A stretch of 62,509 nucleotides of DNA from contig VBHC01000113.1 in NCBI GenBank assembly GCA_005889535.1, forward strand, positions 1 through 62,509. The letters are read 5' to 3'. The stretch is from Chloroflexota bacterium (GTDB lineage: Bacteria > Chloroflexota > Dormibacteria > CF-121). The notes below the pieces were generated by a model. The model did not search any database. It saw nothing but the letters and a program-made list of their open reading frames with translations, and was not told the origin of the DNA. The first letter of the stretch is position 1, and every line of letters starts with the position of its first letter. This document shows positions 51,051-60,101 of this stretch, piece by piece. Made by a program: the position numbers and the translations under genes.

Positions 51051-53262
51051 CGGCTTTGGCCGGGACCTGCCGGCCGGCGGCGACCGGCGTCAAGGGGATC
51101 ATTTGCATCGCGTCATCACGGAAGCGGACCCGCTGGAAGGTGATGCAGTTGACGGGGCAATGGTCCTCGCAGATCCGGCAGTTGGTACAGCGATCGTAGT
51201 TGACGAGGATCTTACCGGCCTTGCCACCAAACTCTTCACCCAGCACGGTATTGCAAATTTCGACGAATCCGCCGCTCGAGGTGTCACGGTTCTCCCCGTA
51301 GACCACCACGTCGAGCGCCTTCTCGGGACAGACGTCGTCACAGGCGCCGCACAGGATGCAGGTCGACTCGTCGACATGGTGCACGGTGTCGCACTGGAAG
51401 CAGCGCAGCGCTGCAGTGATCGCCTGTTCGTCGTTCCAGGGTAGCTCGACCGGCGTCATGTCCATCCGCTTCGCAGCGGGAAGAATGGGCGGCTCCTCCC
51501 GGTTGTAGTAGTCGGCCTCCCGGTGATCGTCGGTCGACTCGATGACTGTCAGCGGCTTGGCGTCTCGCGGGACCGCGGCGCCCAGCAACTCGTTGATCGA
51601 ACGCGCGGTCCGGTGGCCCCAGGCCACCGCATCGACGATGAACGACGGTCCCTGAACGCAGTCCCCGCCGGCAAACAGCTTCGCCAGCTTGGTATGGCCG
51701 CCGGTATCCGCCTCCATCAGCTTCCGCGGCGTGAGCGGCACCCCCTGGTCCTGGGCAAAGTCCATGATCTGGCCCGACGCGAAAATCGCGTAGCGGCAGG
51801 GGATCACGTGCTCCGTTCCCGGCAGTTTCTGGACGGTGTTGATCAGCAGTTTGCCGCTCTCCGGATCGAATTCGAGCTTCGTCTCATCAACCCGAATGAA
51901 CTCCACACCATTGACGTGGCCGCCCGCGTCGGCCTTGATCCCGTTGACGATGACGCCGGTGTGAAGCTGGAGCCCGATCTCGCGGGCCTCGACCAGCTCG
52001 TTACCGAAGGCGGGCAACCGGTCGGCCGGCTCGATCGATACCATCCAGACTTTCCGGGCGCCGGTCTTGATCGAGGTCTGGGCGGCGTCGGTGGCGACGG
52101 CACCACCACCGATGACGACCACGTCGCCGCCGCGTGGGAAGTTGTCGGGAACGATGTCGTAGGAGCGCACCCGAAGGAATTCCATCGCCGAGATCACCTC
52201 GGGGAGATCCGATCCCGGCACCGGCAGAATCCGACCCGTCATCATTCCCACCGAGAGGAAGACGGCATCGTAGTCGTTGAGCAATTGCTCCAGCTTCGGA
52301 TCCTTGCCGACATTCTTGTTCAACAAGACGTTGACGCCCATGTCGACGATCATCTGGATCTCCCAGTTGAGCTGGTCGAGGTCGAATCGGAAGTGCGGGA
52401 TGCTGGCGGACAGCAGGCCACCGAGCTTGGCCTCGCGCTCGTAGAGGTCGACCTGATAGCCCATCAGCCGAAGGTCCTGGGCCGCCGTCATGCCCGCCGG
52501 ACCGGAGCCCACGATCGCGACCCGCCTCCCGTTCTCCGGCGCGCGCTGCCAGTCGATTTTCACCCGGCGGGCCCAGGCGTAGTCGGTGGCAAACCGTTTC
52601 AGGGATTTGATCGACACCGCGTTTTCCGGTCCCTGGACCCAGCCGCGCTTGCAGTCGGTCTCACACGGATGGTTGCAGAGACGGCCCAGCATCGAGGGAA
52701 ACGGATTGGTCTCGTGGATGACAAGCCAGGAATCCAGATAACGTCCCTGCGAGACGTAATCGACGTAGGCCGCGATGTCCTGGTGGATCGGGCAGGCACG
52801 CTGGCAGGGTGAGACTGGCACGTTGAGGCTGAGATCCTTGCGGCCCGAAAACACTTTGTTCGAGGCTGTATCGGTGGTGGTCTTTCCGATCTCCATCAGC
52901 ACCTCGCGGGCGCTGACGACACCCACCGTCCTCGAGGTCTTCCTGAAGAGGGGGCCCTCGTCCTCCGTCATGAGGACCACGGGGGTGTCTTCCCGATACA
53001 TGATGTCCGCTCCCGACTCCAGGGAATCGGCGACGTTGCGTCCGGGCAATGGCCGGCGCATGTAGGTCTCTACCCTGGCGCTGCCATCCGCGAAGGCCGC
53101 GATCGCCTCGCGATGACCGAACAGGCCGATGATCCCACCCTCTCTCTCGACGAGGAGCCCGTCCGCCGCGGAGATGTTGAGGCGCTGCACCGCCTCAGCG
53201 ACGCTGAGGTCAGCGGGACAGGTTTCGCCGATCGGCTGCAGGACCTTGCTCAGGGCCGGCAT
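51043..53262 (-). CDS. CBS-domain + GltD/NfnB-like FAD-dependent oxidoreductase + C-terminal ferredoxin
   Basis: N-terminal CBS pair; CQRACP...LC.HPCE..C Fe-S domain; GSGPAG; IGGGAVA.D; CILCGAC..VCP and CTNCRIC..HCP. Confidence 0.85.
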   Translation of the reverse strand: MPALSKVLQPIGETCPADLSVAEAVQRLNISAADGLLVEREGGIIGLFGHREAIAAFADGSARVETYMRRPLPGRNVADSLESGADIMYREDTPVVLMTEDEGPLFRKTSRTVGVVSAREVLMEIGKTTTDTASNKVFSGRKDLSLNVPVSPCQRACPIHQDIAAYVDYVSQGRYLDSWLVIHETNPFPSMLGRLCNHPCETDCKRGWVQGPENAVSIKSLKRFATDYAWARRVKIDWQRAPENGRRVAIVGSGPAGMTAAQDLRLMGYQVDLYEREAKLGGLLSASIPHFRFDLDQLNWEIQMIVDMGVNVLLNKNVGKDPKLEQLLNDYDAVFLSVGMMTGRILPVPGSDLPEVISAMEFLRVRSYDIVPDNFPRGGDVVVIGGGAVATDAAQTSIKTGARKVWMVSIEPADRLPAFGNELVEAREIGLQLHTGVIVNGIKADAGGHVNGVEFIRVDETKLEFDPESGKLLINTVQKLPGTEHVIPCRYAIFASGQIMDFAQDQGVPLTPRKLMEADTGGHTKLAKLFAGGDCVQGPSFIVDAVAWGHRTARSINELLGAAVPRDAKPLTVIESTDDHREADYYNREEPPILPAAKRMDMTPVELPWNDEQAITAALRCFQCDTVHHVDESTCILCGACDDVCPEKALDVVVYGENRDTSSGGFVEICNTVLGEEFGGKAGKILVNYDRCTNCRICEDHCPVNCITFQRVRFRDDAMQMIPLTPVAAGRQVPAKAGV

Positions 53263-53657
53263 CAGGCAGCCGCCGCCATGGCACGGCTGACATCGCGCAC
53301 CGTGAGCGCGCCGAGCGGCATCCCGGCCGAGGTGGTGACGAGAACCAGCTGTCGTCCGCTCTCGCGCAGCAGCGCCACCCCGTCCGCCAGGGGCAAGTCG
53401 GGCCGGACTTCCGGGAGCGGCGTGCGAACGAGATCGGCTGCTCGGGCGTCCAGCTGCGCCTTGACGTACCGCTGCAGGATGTCGAGGTAAGACACGTAGC
53501 CCAGGCAGCGCTGATCGACGATCACCGGGAGTTCGATCACCCGGTTCTGGGCCATCATCCGGGCCGCCTGGGCCAGGCCGGTACTGGGGAAGCAGAACGC
53601 GAACTGGCCGGACATCACCTGCTCGACCGTACGCGTGTCTCGAACGACAGCGGGCAT
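53262..53657 (-). CDS. CBS domain protein
   Basis: Two CBS repeats (LPVIVD, VM...); TGATG coupling to the oxidoreductase. Confidence 0.82.
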   Translation of the reverse strand: MPAVVRDTRTVEQVMSGQFAFCFPSTGLAQAARMMAQNRVIELPVIVDQRCLGYVSYLDILQRYVKAQLDARAADLVRTPLPEVRPDLPLADGVALLRESGRQLVLVTTSAGMPLGALTVRDVSRAMAAAA

Positions 53658-53762
53658 CGTTCGAAATTATAGGGAGCGCCCGCTCCCTGTCATGCTCCCG
53701 GCAGCCGACTGTAACGGTCGCGTGACGGCTTAGCTCGCCGCGGCTCGTTATATCAGACGGAG

Positions 53763-54038
53763 TTGGCCAAGAACCTCGCCCAATCGCCGAGCCCTGACCT
53801 CGAATTGCCCCGCGACCTGGGCGGCTTTCGCGCCCGGATCCATCTCCCCTACCGCAGCGGGTTCAACCGGCTGGTCCGGGTGGTCGGCATGCTGACCTTG
53901 CTCGCCTCATCCCTGGGACTGCTGGCCGCCGTGGCCGGCCTTCCCCTCAACTGGCTCAGCATGCTGCTCGGCCTGCTCGTGAGCCTGATCCTGATCGGAT
54001 TCAGTCTCCGGCCCAGTCTGCGCCGGCCGAAATTCTAG
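53763..54038 (+). CDS. Small two-TM hypothetical protein
   Basis: Two hydrophobic helices; TTG start. Confidence 0.55.
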   Translation: MAKNLAQSPSPDLELPRDLGGFRARIHLPYRSGFNRLVRVVGMLTLLASSLGLLAAVAGLPLNWLSMLLGLLVSLILIGFSLRPSLRRPKF

Positions 54039-55216
54039 CCGTCCTCCAACAGCCGCAGCACGGCAGCGGACATCACCCGAAAGCCGACGGACAGGCATCG
54101 CTCATCGATCCGAAACTCCGCGGTGTGGTGGCCGACTCGCGGCCCCTCCGGCGCTCCACCGAGTAAGAAGAAGCAACCGGGACGCGCCTGCAGGAAGTAG
54201 GCGAAATCTTCGCCGACCATCAGCGGCTCGAACGCCACCACGGCGTCGTCCCCCACCACCCCGCGGGCCGCGTCGGCAACCATCGCCGCGACCCGGCCGT
54301 CGTTGATGACCGGAGGGGCGGCCGACTCGAGCTTGAACTCGCAGTGGCCCCGCATCGCGGTCGCGATCCCCTCAGCGAGCTCAGCAATTCGTCGCAACAT
54401 GTTGGTGCGCAGCCCGGGATCCAGGCTCCGCAGAGTGCCCTGGATGACCACCTCGCCAGCCACGATGTTGGCCGCCGTGCCGCCGTGGATGCTACCCAGC
54501 GTAATGACCATCGGCGCGGCGGGTGCCGTCTCGCGACTGGCCAGTGTTTGGAGTGCACTCACAACCTGGGCCGCGATCACCACGGCGTCGACCGCAAACT
54601 GTGGCTGGGCGCCATGGCCGCCCAATCCCCGGATCGTCAGCGTGAACATGTCGGCCCCCGCCATCATGGCGCCGGCGCGCACGGAAACTTGTCCCACCGG
54701 TAGTTCCGACCATACGTGGAGGCCGATCACCCGGTCGATCCCGTCGAGCACCCCCGCCTCGATCATGGGCGCGGCGCCCCCGGCGCGTTCCTCGGCGGGT
54801 TGGAACACGAACCGAACCATTCCGGACAGCCGAGCGCGGCGCTGCGCCATCGCCCGCGCCACCTCCAGGGCGATCGCCATGTGCACGTCGTGGCCGCAGG
54901 CGTGCATCACACCCCGGTGGCTCGAGCGAAACGCCAGCTCACCCGCCTCCTGGATCGGCAGAGCATCGATGTCCGCCCGCACTAACACCGCTCGCCCGGG
55001 TCGGGTGCCTTTCAGGTCGGCGACAACGCCGGTTCCGGCGACGCCAGCCTCCAACCGGTCCGGTGACAGGGCATCGAGACGCTCCACAAGGTAACGCGAG
55101 GTTTCGAACTCTTTGAAAGACAGTTCCGGCAGGGCGTGCAGCTCGCGACGGTGGGTCAGCAGATGCTCAGCCGTGGCGGCATCGACCTCCGTCGACGTAC
55201 CAACCTCTGATGCCAT
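54035..55216 (-). CDS. M20D family amidohydrolase
   Basis: HALPELS..E, RADIDALP, MHACGHD, FQPAEE and GEDF motifs. Confidence 0.93.
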   Translation of the reverse strand: MASEVGTSTEVDAATAEHLLTHRRELHALPELSFKEFETSRYLVERLDALSPDRLEAGVAGTGVVADLKGTRPGRAVLVRADIDALPIQEAGELAFRSSHRGVMHACGHDVHMAIALEVARAMAQRRARLSGMVRFVFQPAEERAGGAAPMIEAGVLDGIDRVIGLHVWSELPVGQVSVRAGAMMAGADMFTLTIRGLGGHGAQPQFAVDAVVIAAQVVSALQTLASRETAPAAPMVITLGSIHGGTAANIVAGEVVIQGTLRSLDPGLRTNMLRRIAELAEGIATAMRGHCEFKLESAAPPVINDGRVAAMVADAARGVVGDDAVVAFEPLMVGEDFAYFLQARPGCFFLLGGAPEGPRVGHHTAEFRIDERCLSVGFRVMSAAVLRLLEDG

Positions 55217-55242
55217 CGAATCATTCTGTCAAACTGAATTTG

Positions 55243-57969
55243 ATGCCGGGTTCGCTTACCGAGTACCAGCGAAAACGCGATTTCAGCAAGACGCCGGAGC
55301 CGAAAGGTGCACCCGATCCCAGCGGTGGAAACCGATTCGTTGTGCAGAAGCACTGGGCAACCCGCTTGCACTACGACTTCCGCCTCGAGATGGAGGGCGT
55401 GCTCGTCAGCTGGGCGATCCCAAAAGGGCCGACCTTGAATCCCGCCGATCGTCGGCTGGCGGCGCACGTCGAAGACCACCCGGTGAGCTACTACGACTTC
55501 GAGGGCACCATCCCCAAAGGGGAGTACGGCGGCGGGACGGTGATGGTCTGGGATTGGGGGACATTCGAACTCGAGGAGTCATCGCCCGCCGAGTCCCTGC
55601 GCCGGGGCGAGGTGAAGTTCCGGCTCAATGGCGTCCGGCTGGGTGGGCGCTACGCCCTGGTTCGCACTCGTTCGGATAAGGATTGGCTGCTGATCAAGAA
55701 GAAGGACGAGGCCGCCGATCCCAACTTTGACATCGAGCGATTCGACACGTCAGTAAAGACCGGCCGCACCAAGGAAGAAATCGAGCGAGGGCAGGATGCG
55801 GTCTGGTCGAGCCGTCGCGACGCGGGTGAGGGCGGCCTGATCAACCTCGCCAATGCCGAGAAGGGAACGATGCCGAGGACCCTCGAGCCGATGAAGGCGC
55901 AGCTCGTCGATGCGCCCTTCGACGACGATCGCTGGCTGTTCGAGGTGAAATGGGATGGGATCCGGCTGGTCAGCTTCATCGATGGCGGAAAGGTCAGCCT
56001 GCAAACGCGCGCCGGCCGCATCGTAGACGACGAGTATCCGCAACTCCAGGCCATCAGCCGGCTGGTTAACGCCAAACAAGCCGTGCTCGACGGCGAGATC
56101 GTCGCGCTGGACGAGGAGGGCCGCCCCTCATTCCAGTTGCTGCAAAACCGGGGGAAAGAACCGCATCCGATGCAGTACGTCGTGTTCGACATCGTCTACC
56201 TGGACGGCCAGCGGCTCTTCCGTGTTCCGCTGGAGGACCGCAAGCGACTGCTGCGCGACATCGTCCACGATTCAGCCCTGCTCAAGTACTCGGACCACGT
56301 CCCTGGCCAGGGCAAGGCTTTCTTCAAGGCGGCGCAGCAGAAACGCTTGGAAGGGATCGTCGCCAAGCTGCGCGACAGCCCCTATCAACCGGGGGTGCGG
56401 AGTAGCGCCTGGCTCAAGGTCAAGGCGGTCCTTCAGCAGGAGGTCGTCATCGGCGGCTTTACCGCGCCCCGTGCCAGCCGGAAGTATTTCGGCGCCCTGA
56501 TTGTCGGCGTCCATGACGACGGCAAACTGGTCTACACCGGCCATACGGGCGGCGGGTTCGACGAAAGGACGCTCGCTCAGGTGGCCACCCTGATGAAGCC
56601 GCTGATCGTCAAGGAATCGCCATTCAGCGGGCCACCGCCGCACACCAATGAGAAACCGACCTGGGTTCGGCCCAAGCTGGTGGCCGAAGTCAAGTTTGCG
56701 GAGTGGACGCGCGATGGTGTGATGCGGCAGCCGATCTTCCTCGGCTTACGTGACGACGTCGAGCCGCGCGAGGTGCGTCGTGAGCAACCCCGCGATGCGG
56801 ATCGCGAAATGGCGCAGGCTAAGCGCACCGCGACCGCCTCGGCGAAGGCCGTGACGCCGGCGACGGCGAAGCGCGCGTCCGGCTCGGGCCCCAGGCGCCC
56901 GCAGGTCGCCCGCAAAACATCGACGCAGGTTGCGCCTTCCCGCGTGTCCGCGCCGCGCAAGGCAGCGGCCGCGGACACCCCCGACACACCGCTCAGCCGG
57001 GCGGCGGCGCAGATTGCGAAAAAACTAGGCACGAATATCCGGGGCGCCACCGCCAGCGAACTCGAGGCGCTCACCGCCATCAAGAAGGAAGGAAATTGGG
57101 AGATCGGCGGGCGCAGCGTGCATCTCACCAACCTGGACAAACTGCTCTTCCCGGAAGACCGCTACTCCAAGCGCGACCTGATCCGCTACTACGTCCAGGT
57201 CGCGCCCATCATGATCCCCCATTACAACCGCCGGCCGCTCTCCATGAACCCGCACCCGGACGGGATCCACGGCAAGAGCTACTGGGTCAAGGACAAGCCG
57301 GATTACGCCCCCGACTGGATCCCCACCTTCCGCTACCGGGATCAGAAGAGCCTCAAAGATTGGATCCTGATCGAGGAGGTGGCCACCCTGGCCTGGCTCG
57401 CCAACCATGCCGTGATCGACATGCATCCCTGGTACTCGCGGGTGGACAAACCGGAGTACCCGGACTGGTCCGTCGTGGACCTCGATCCCGCCGAGGGAGC
57501 CACCTTCAAAGACGTGATCGCCGTGGCGAAGGTGGTCAAGAGTGCGCTCGACCACCTGAAACTCACCGCCCTGCTGAAGACAACCGGTCAGAGTGGCCTG
57601 CACGTCTACATCCCGATTGAGCGCCGCTATACGCTGGAGGAAAGCCGCGGCTTCGTCGCCAAGCTGGCGCACATGATCGCCGAGCTGATGCCCGACAAGG
57701 TCACCGAAGTCTGGGAGGTCAAGCGGCGTACCGGCAAAATCCGGATCGACTACACCCAAAACGTCATCAACAAGACGCTGGCTGGGCCCTACTCGGTCCG
57801 GCCGGCGCTACGGGCCCCGGTCTCAGCCCCGATTGCGTGGCGCGAGCTCGACGATCCCCGGCTGCGACCCGATCAATGGACGATTAAAAGCCTCGGCGAC
57901 CGCTTGCTGGAGGTCGGTGATCTCTTCCACGATGCGCTGACACTGCATCAGCGATTGCCGGCGCTCTGA
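55243..57969 (+). CDS. ligD: NHEJ DNA ligase D (phosphoesterase-ligase-polymerase order)
   Basis: FVVQKHWATRLHYDFRLE (PE); EVKWDG, DGEIV and EGIVAK (ligase); TNLDK, DLDP and KTTGQSGLHV (polymerase). Confidence 0.95.
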   Translation: MPGSLTEYQRKRDFSKTPEPKGAPDPSGGNRFVVQKHWATRLHYDFRLEMEGVLVSWAIPKGPTLNPADRRLAAHVEDHPVSYYDFEGTIPKGEYGGGTVMVWDWGTFELEESSPAESLRRGEVKFRLNGVRLGGRYALVRTRSDKDWLLIKKKDEAADPNFDIERFDTSVKTGRTKEEIERGQDAVWSSRRDAGEGGLINLANAEKGTMPRTLEPMKAQLVDAPFDDDRWLFEVKWDGIRLVSFIDGGKVSLQTRAGRIVDDEYPQLQAISRLVNAKQAVLDGEIVALDEEGRPSFQLLQNRGKEPHPMQYVVFDIVYLDGQRLFRVPLEDRKRLLRDIVHDSALLKYSDHVPGQGKAFFKAAQQKRLEGIVAKLRDSPYQPGVRSSAWLKVKAVLQQEVVIGGFTAPRASRKYFGALIVGVHDDGKLVYTGHTGGGFDERTLAQVATLMKPLIVKESPFSGPPPHTNEKPTWVRPKLVAEVKFAEWTRDGVMRQPIFLGLRDDVEPREVRREQPRDADREMAQAKRTATASAKAVTPATAKRASGSGPRRPQVARKTSTQVAPSRVSAPRKAAAADTPDTPLSRAAAQIAKKLGTNIRGATASELEALTAIKKEGNWEIGGRSVHLTNLDKLLFPEDRYSKRDLIRYYVQVAPIMIPHYNRRPLSMNPHPDGIHGKSYWVKDKPDYAPDWIPTFRYRDQKSLKDWILIEEVATLAWLANHAVIDMHPWYSRVDKPEYPDWSVVDLDPAEGATFKDVIAVAKVVKSALDHLKLTALLKTTGQSGLHVYIPIERRYTLEESRGFVAKLAHMIAELMPDKVTEVWEVKRRTGKIRIDYTQNVINKTLAGPYSVRPALRAPVSAPIAWRELDDPRLRPDQWTIKSLGDRLLEVGDLFHDALTLHQRLPAL

Positions 57970-57972
57970 GCC

Positions 57973-58287
57973 GTGACCGATAGCGCCCCGTTGCCGTCCG
58001 AGCTCCCCGCCATCCAGGCCCGGATCGATGACTGGCTCAAGCAGCGTGGCCGTTACTGGTCGCCATTGTCACAGTACGCCCGCTTAGCCGAGGAAGTCGG
58101 CGAGCTTGGGCGGGAGCTGAATTTTCGATTCGGCGACAAACCGCGCGCGGCGAAGGATCCGTCCGGTTCGGTCACTGATGAGCTCGGTGACGTGCTGTTC
58201 ATCGTGGTGTTGCTCGCCAATGATCTCGGCATCGACCTGGTAACCGCCCTGTCGGCGACGCTGCGAAAGTACGAACACCGGGTTTGA
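57973..58287 (+). CDS. MazG-like nucleotide pyrophosphohydrolase (YpjD-like)
   Basis: LAEEVGEL and DELGDVLF motifs. Confidence 0.88.
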   Translation: MTDSAPLPSELPAIQARIDDWLKQRGRYWSPLSQYARLAEEVGELGRELNFRFGDKPRAAKDPSGSVTDELGDVLFIVVLLANDLGIDLVTALSATLRKYEHRV

Positions 58288-58510
58288 TCCGGCCTCCTTA
58301 CACCGCTTTTCCACAGGATTTTTGCACGTCTCGTTGCGAGCTGGTGGAGAAAGACCCGCAACAAATGTTCCGTCTGGACGGGTGCATCGGCCGGTCGTAT
58401 TCTCATGTCCCCGCTCGCGAGAACTGGCTTCCGCGGGAAGGGGAATCGTCAGGGAGAGGAGTCGGAAAGGCCGGTTGGTAGTCGCTGCAATCGCTTGCGG
58501 CGCAGCGGCC

Positions 58511-58540
58511 TTGACATTGCCCGAACCCGGGCGGTAGAAT
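58511..58540 (+). promoter_or_regulatory. Sigma70-type promoter TTGACA-N18-TAGAAT
   Basis: Read directly from the sequence; implies a leader of about 150 nt before 58700. Confidence 0.65.
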
Positions 58541-58699
58541 GCGGCGAACCTATATATGGTGTTGGACCTGATCATCAGCCCCCACATTTAGGGGAGGTAG
58601 CGTACCAAGGCTCATGCGGAAATGGGGATCTACCGGCGGCGGCAGACGCCGGACGGCGCGCAGTGTGCCGGCGCTCGTCATGTGAGCTAGGGGGAGACC

Positions 58700-59005
58700 A
58701 TGCTCAGGAACACGCTCAGGATGATCAACCAGCAGGACCAGTGGTTCAACCAATTGCGGCGGGAGGAGTCGGCCCGCCGAACCCTTCGATACTCGCTCTA
58801 TCAGGCGCTCGAACAGGTGGAACGATTGCTCGAGAGCGACATGATGGAAGTCCCCCTCGAGATGCAGGCGCGCCTGCGCCAGATCGTCGAAGCGGTCGAT
58901 TCCCAACTCGCCTACCGGATGGATCAGTCGGGCCCCAGCGCCCTCGATATTCAAGACATCATCTTCGAAGCCCAGGACCGCCTCATCAAGCAGGTCCGTA
59001 CCTGA
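58700..59005 (+). CDS. Hypothetical helical protein (paralog of 11772-12122)
   Basis: GGGGGAG SD; aligns to the 11772 ORF. Confidence 0.7.
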   Translation: MLRNTLRMINQQDQWFNQLRREESARRTLRYSLYQALEQVERLLESDMMEVPLEMQARLRQIVEAVDSQLAYRMDQSGPSALDIQDIIFEAQDRLIKQVRT

Positions 59006-59096
59006 CGCGCACGTAACCTCGAACGCCTCGCCTCCTGCAGTGACGCCCGGGAGAGATCCCGGGTGTCATTGCGTCTGGGGATGCTAAAACATCTCC

Positions 59097-59492
59097 ATGC
59101 CTGATTCCCTCGAAACCTGGGACCTCTGGTTTCCCGGGCCGGGGGCCTCCGGGCTGCCGTTTGCCCGGTCTCGCGTGAACGCCAATGACGTACGCGACCG
59201 GGTGCTGGTCCACGCCGCCCCACAGAAACTCCAGGTCAGGGTCCTCGACGCCGCCGGGAATCTCGTCGCCCGGGGCGATGGGCTCGAGCGCCATCAACCG
59301 GGACCGATGAGTTACCTCGTTCGTCGCGGAAACATCATCACGCTGGAAGACGGCTGGCCGACTGAGCAGGACATCGGCCGGGTCGTCATCCTGCCCGGGG
59401 GAGAGGCGGGCATCCTCAAGAGCTGGTGGAATGCCGACGATCGGAGAGAGTGGCGCTGGCAGGTGGAGTTCTATAACCAGAATCGGGGCTAG
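59097..59492 (+). CDS. Hypothetical protein
   Basis: Trp-rich beta-type ORF with no recognised family. Confidence 0.6.
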   Translation: MPDSLETWDLWFPGPGASGLPFARSRVNANDVRDRVLVHAAPQKLQVRVLDAAGNLVARGDGLERHQPGPMSYLVRRGNIITLEDGWPTEQDIGRVVILPGGEAGILKSWWNADDRREWRWQVEFYNQNRG

Positions 59493-60100
59493 CCCGCCCC
59501 TGCCTCGGTCAGCGGCGTGCCCTGCGCGCACAGGGGGCATTCGGCCGGCGTCCATATCGCTGTCGGCACCTCGGTCAATCGCTCCAGGGGGATGCCCTTT
59601 TCCGCGGCGAAGGCAACCGCCCCGGGCCCCATCACCAGCAAGGCGCCGATCGCCACCGGCACGCCTCCCAGCTCGATGACATTCGCGTAGGTGGCCCGCA
59701 CCGCGGATCCGGCGCTGATCGCATCATCGACGATCGCAATCCGCCGCCCTTTCACCTGTCCGCGGAGAGACGTGGCGATCCGGTAGTCCACCGGAAATAG
59801 ACCAGCCCGCTCGCTGACTCGCCGCTCGGCAAACAGGAACTGCAGTTCCAGCCGGTCGGCGAGCATCGCCGCCAGCAACGCGCCGCCGGTCAGGGGCCCG
59901 CAGACTGCGTCGACCCCGTAGCCCGAGATCCGGTTCGCCAGCTCGCCGGCGAACGGCCTCAACAATGCCGGCCGGCGGAATAGTTGGTCTAGCTCGAGCC
60001 AGGACTCGCTGTGATGCCCCGACTCGAGGCGGAAATGCCCGCTCTTGGCGGCGGCCAGCCCGAGCAGCTCGGTGGTTGACGCGCGATCCGTGCCCGTCAG
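59489..60100 (-). CDS. pyrE: Orotate phosphoribosyltransferase-like PRTase
   Basis: GHFRLESGHHS N-terminal motif (upstream of the track start) and VDDAISAGSA PRPP loop; proposed CTG start at 60100. Confidence 0.8.
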   Translation of the reverse strand: MTGTDRASTTELLGLAAAKSGHFRLESGHHSESWLELDQLFRRPALLRPFAGELANRISGYGVDAVCGPLTGGALLAAMLADRLELQFLFAERRVSERAGLFPVDYRIATSLRGQVKGRRIAIVDDAISAGSAVRATYANVIELGGVPVAIGALLVMGPGAVAFAAEKGIPLERLTEVPTAIWTPAECPLCAQGTPLTEAGAG

Positions 60101-60101
60101 C

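Noticed and set aside
55243-57969. ligD without ku
   Set aside because: Unlinked ku is common, and the PE-LIG-POL order is a known architecture.
58307-58328. DnaA-box-like TTTTCCACA and TTTTGCACG
   Set aside because: There is only one consensus box, with no dnaA/dnaN and no AT-rich unwinding element; this is not enough for an origin.
58615-58690. Short ORFs (22-23 aa) in the leader of 58700
   Set aside because: No properly spaced SD and no signal-peptide character; unsupported.
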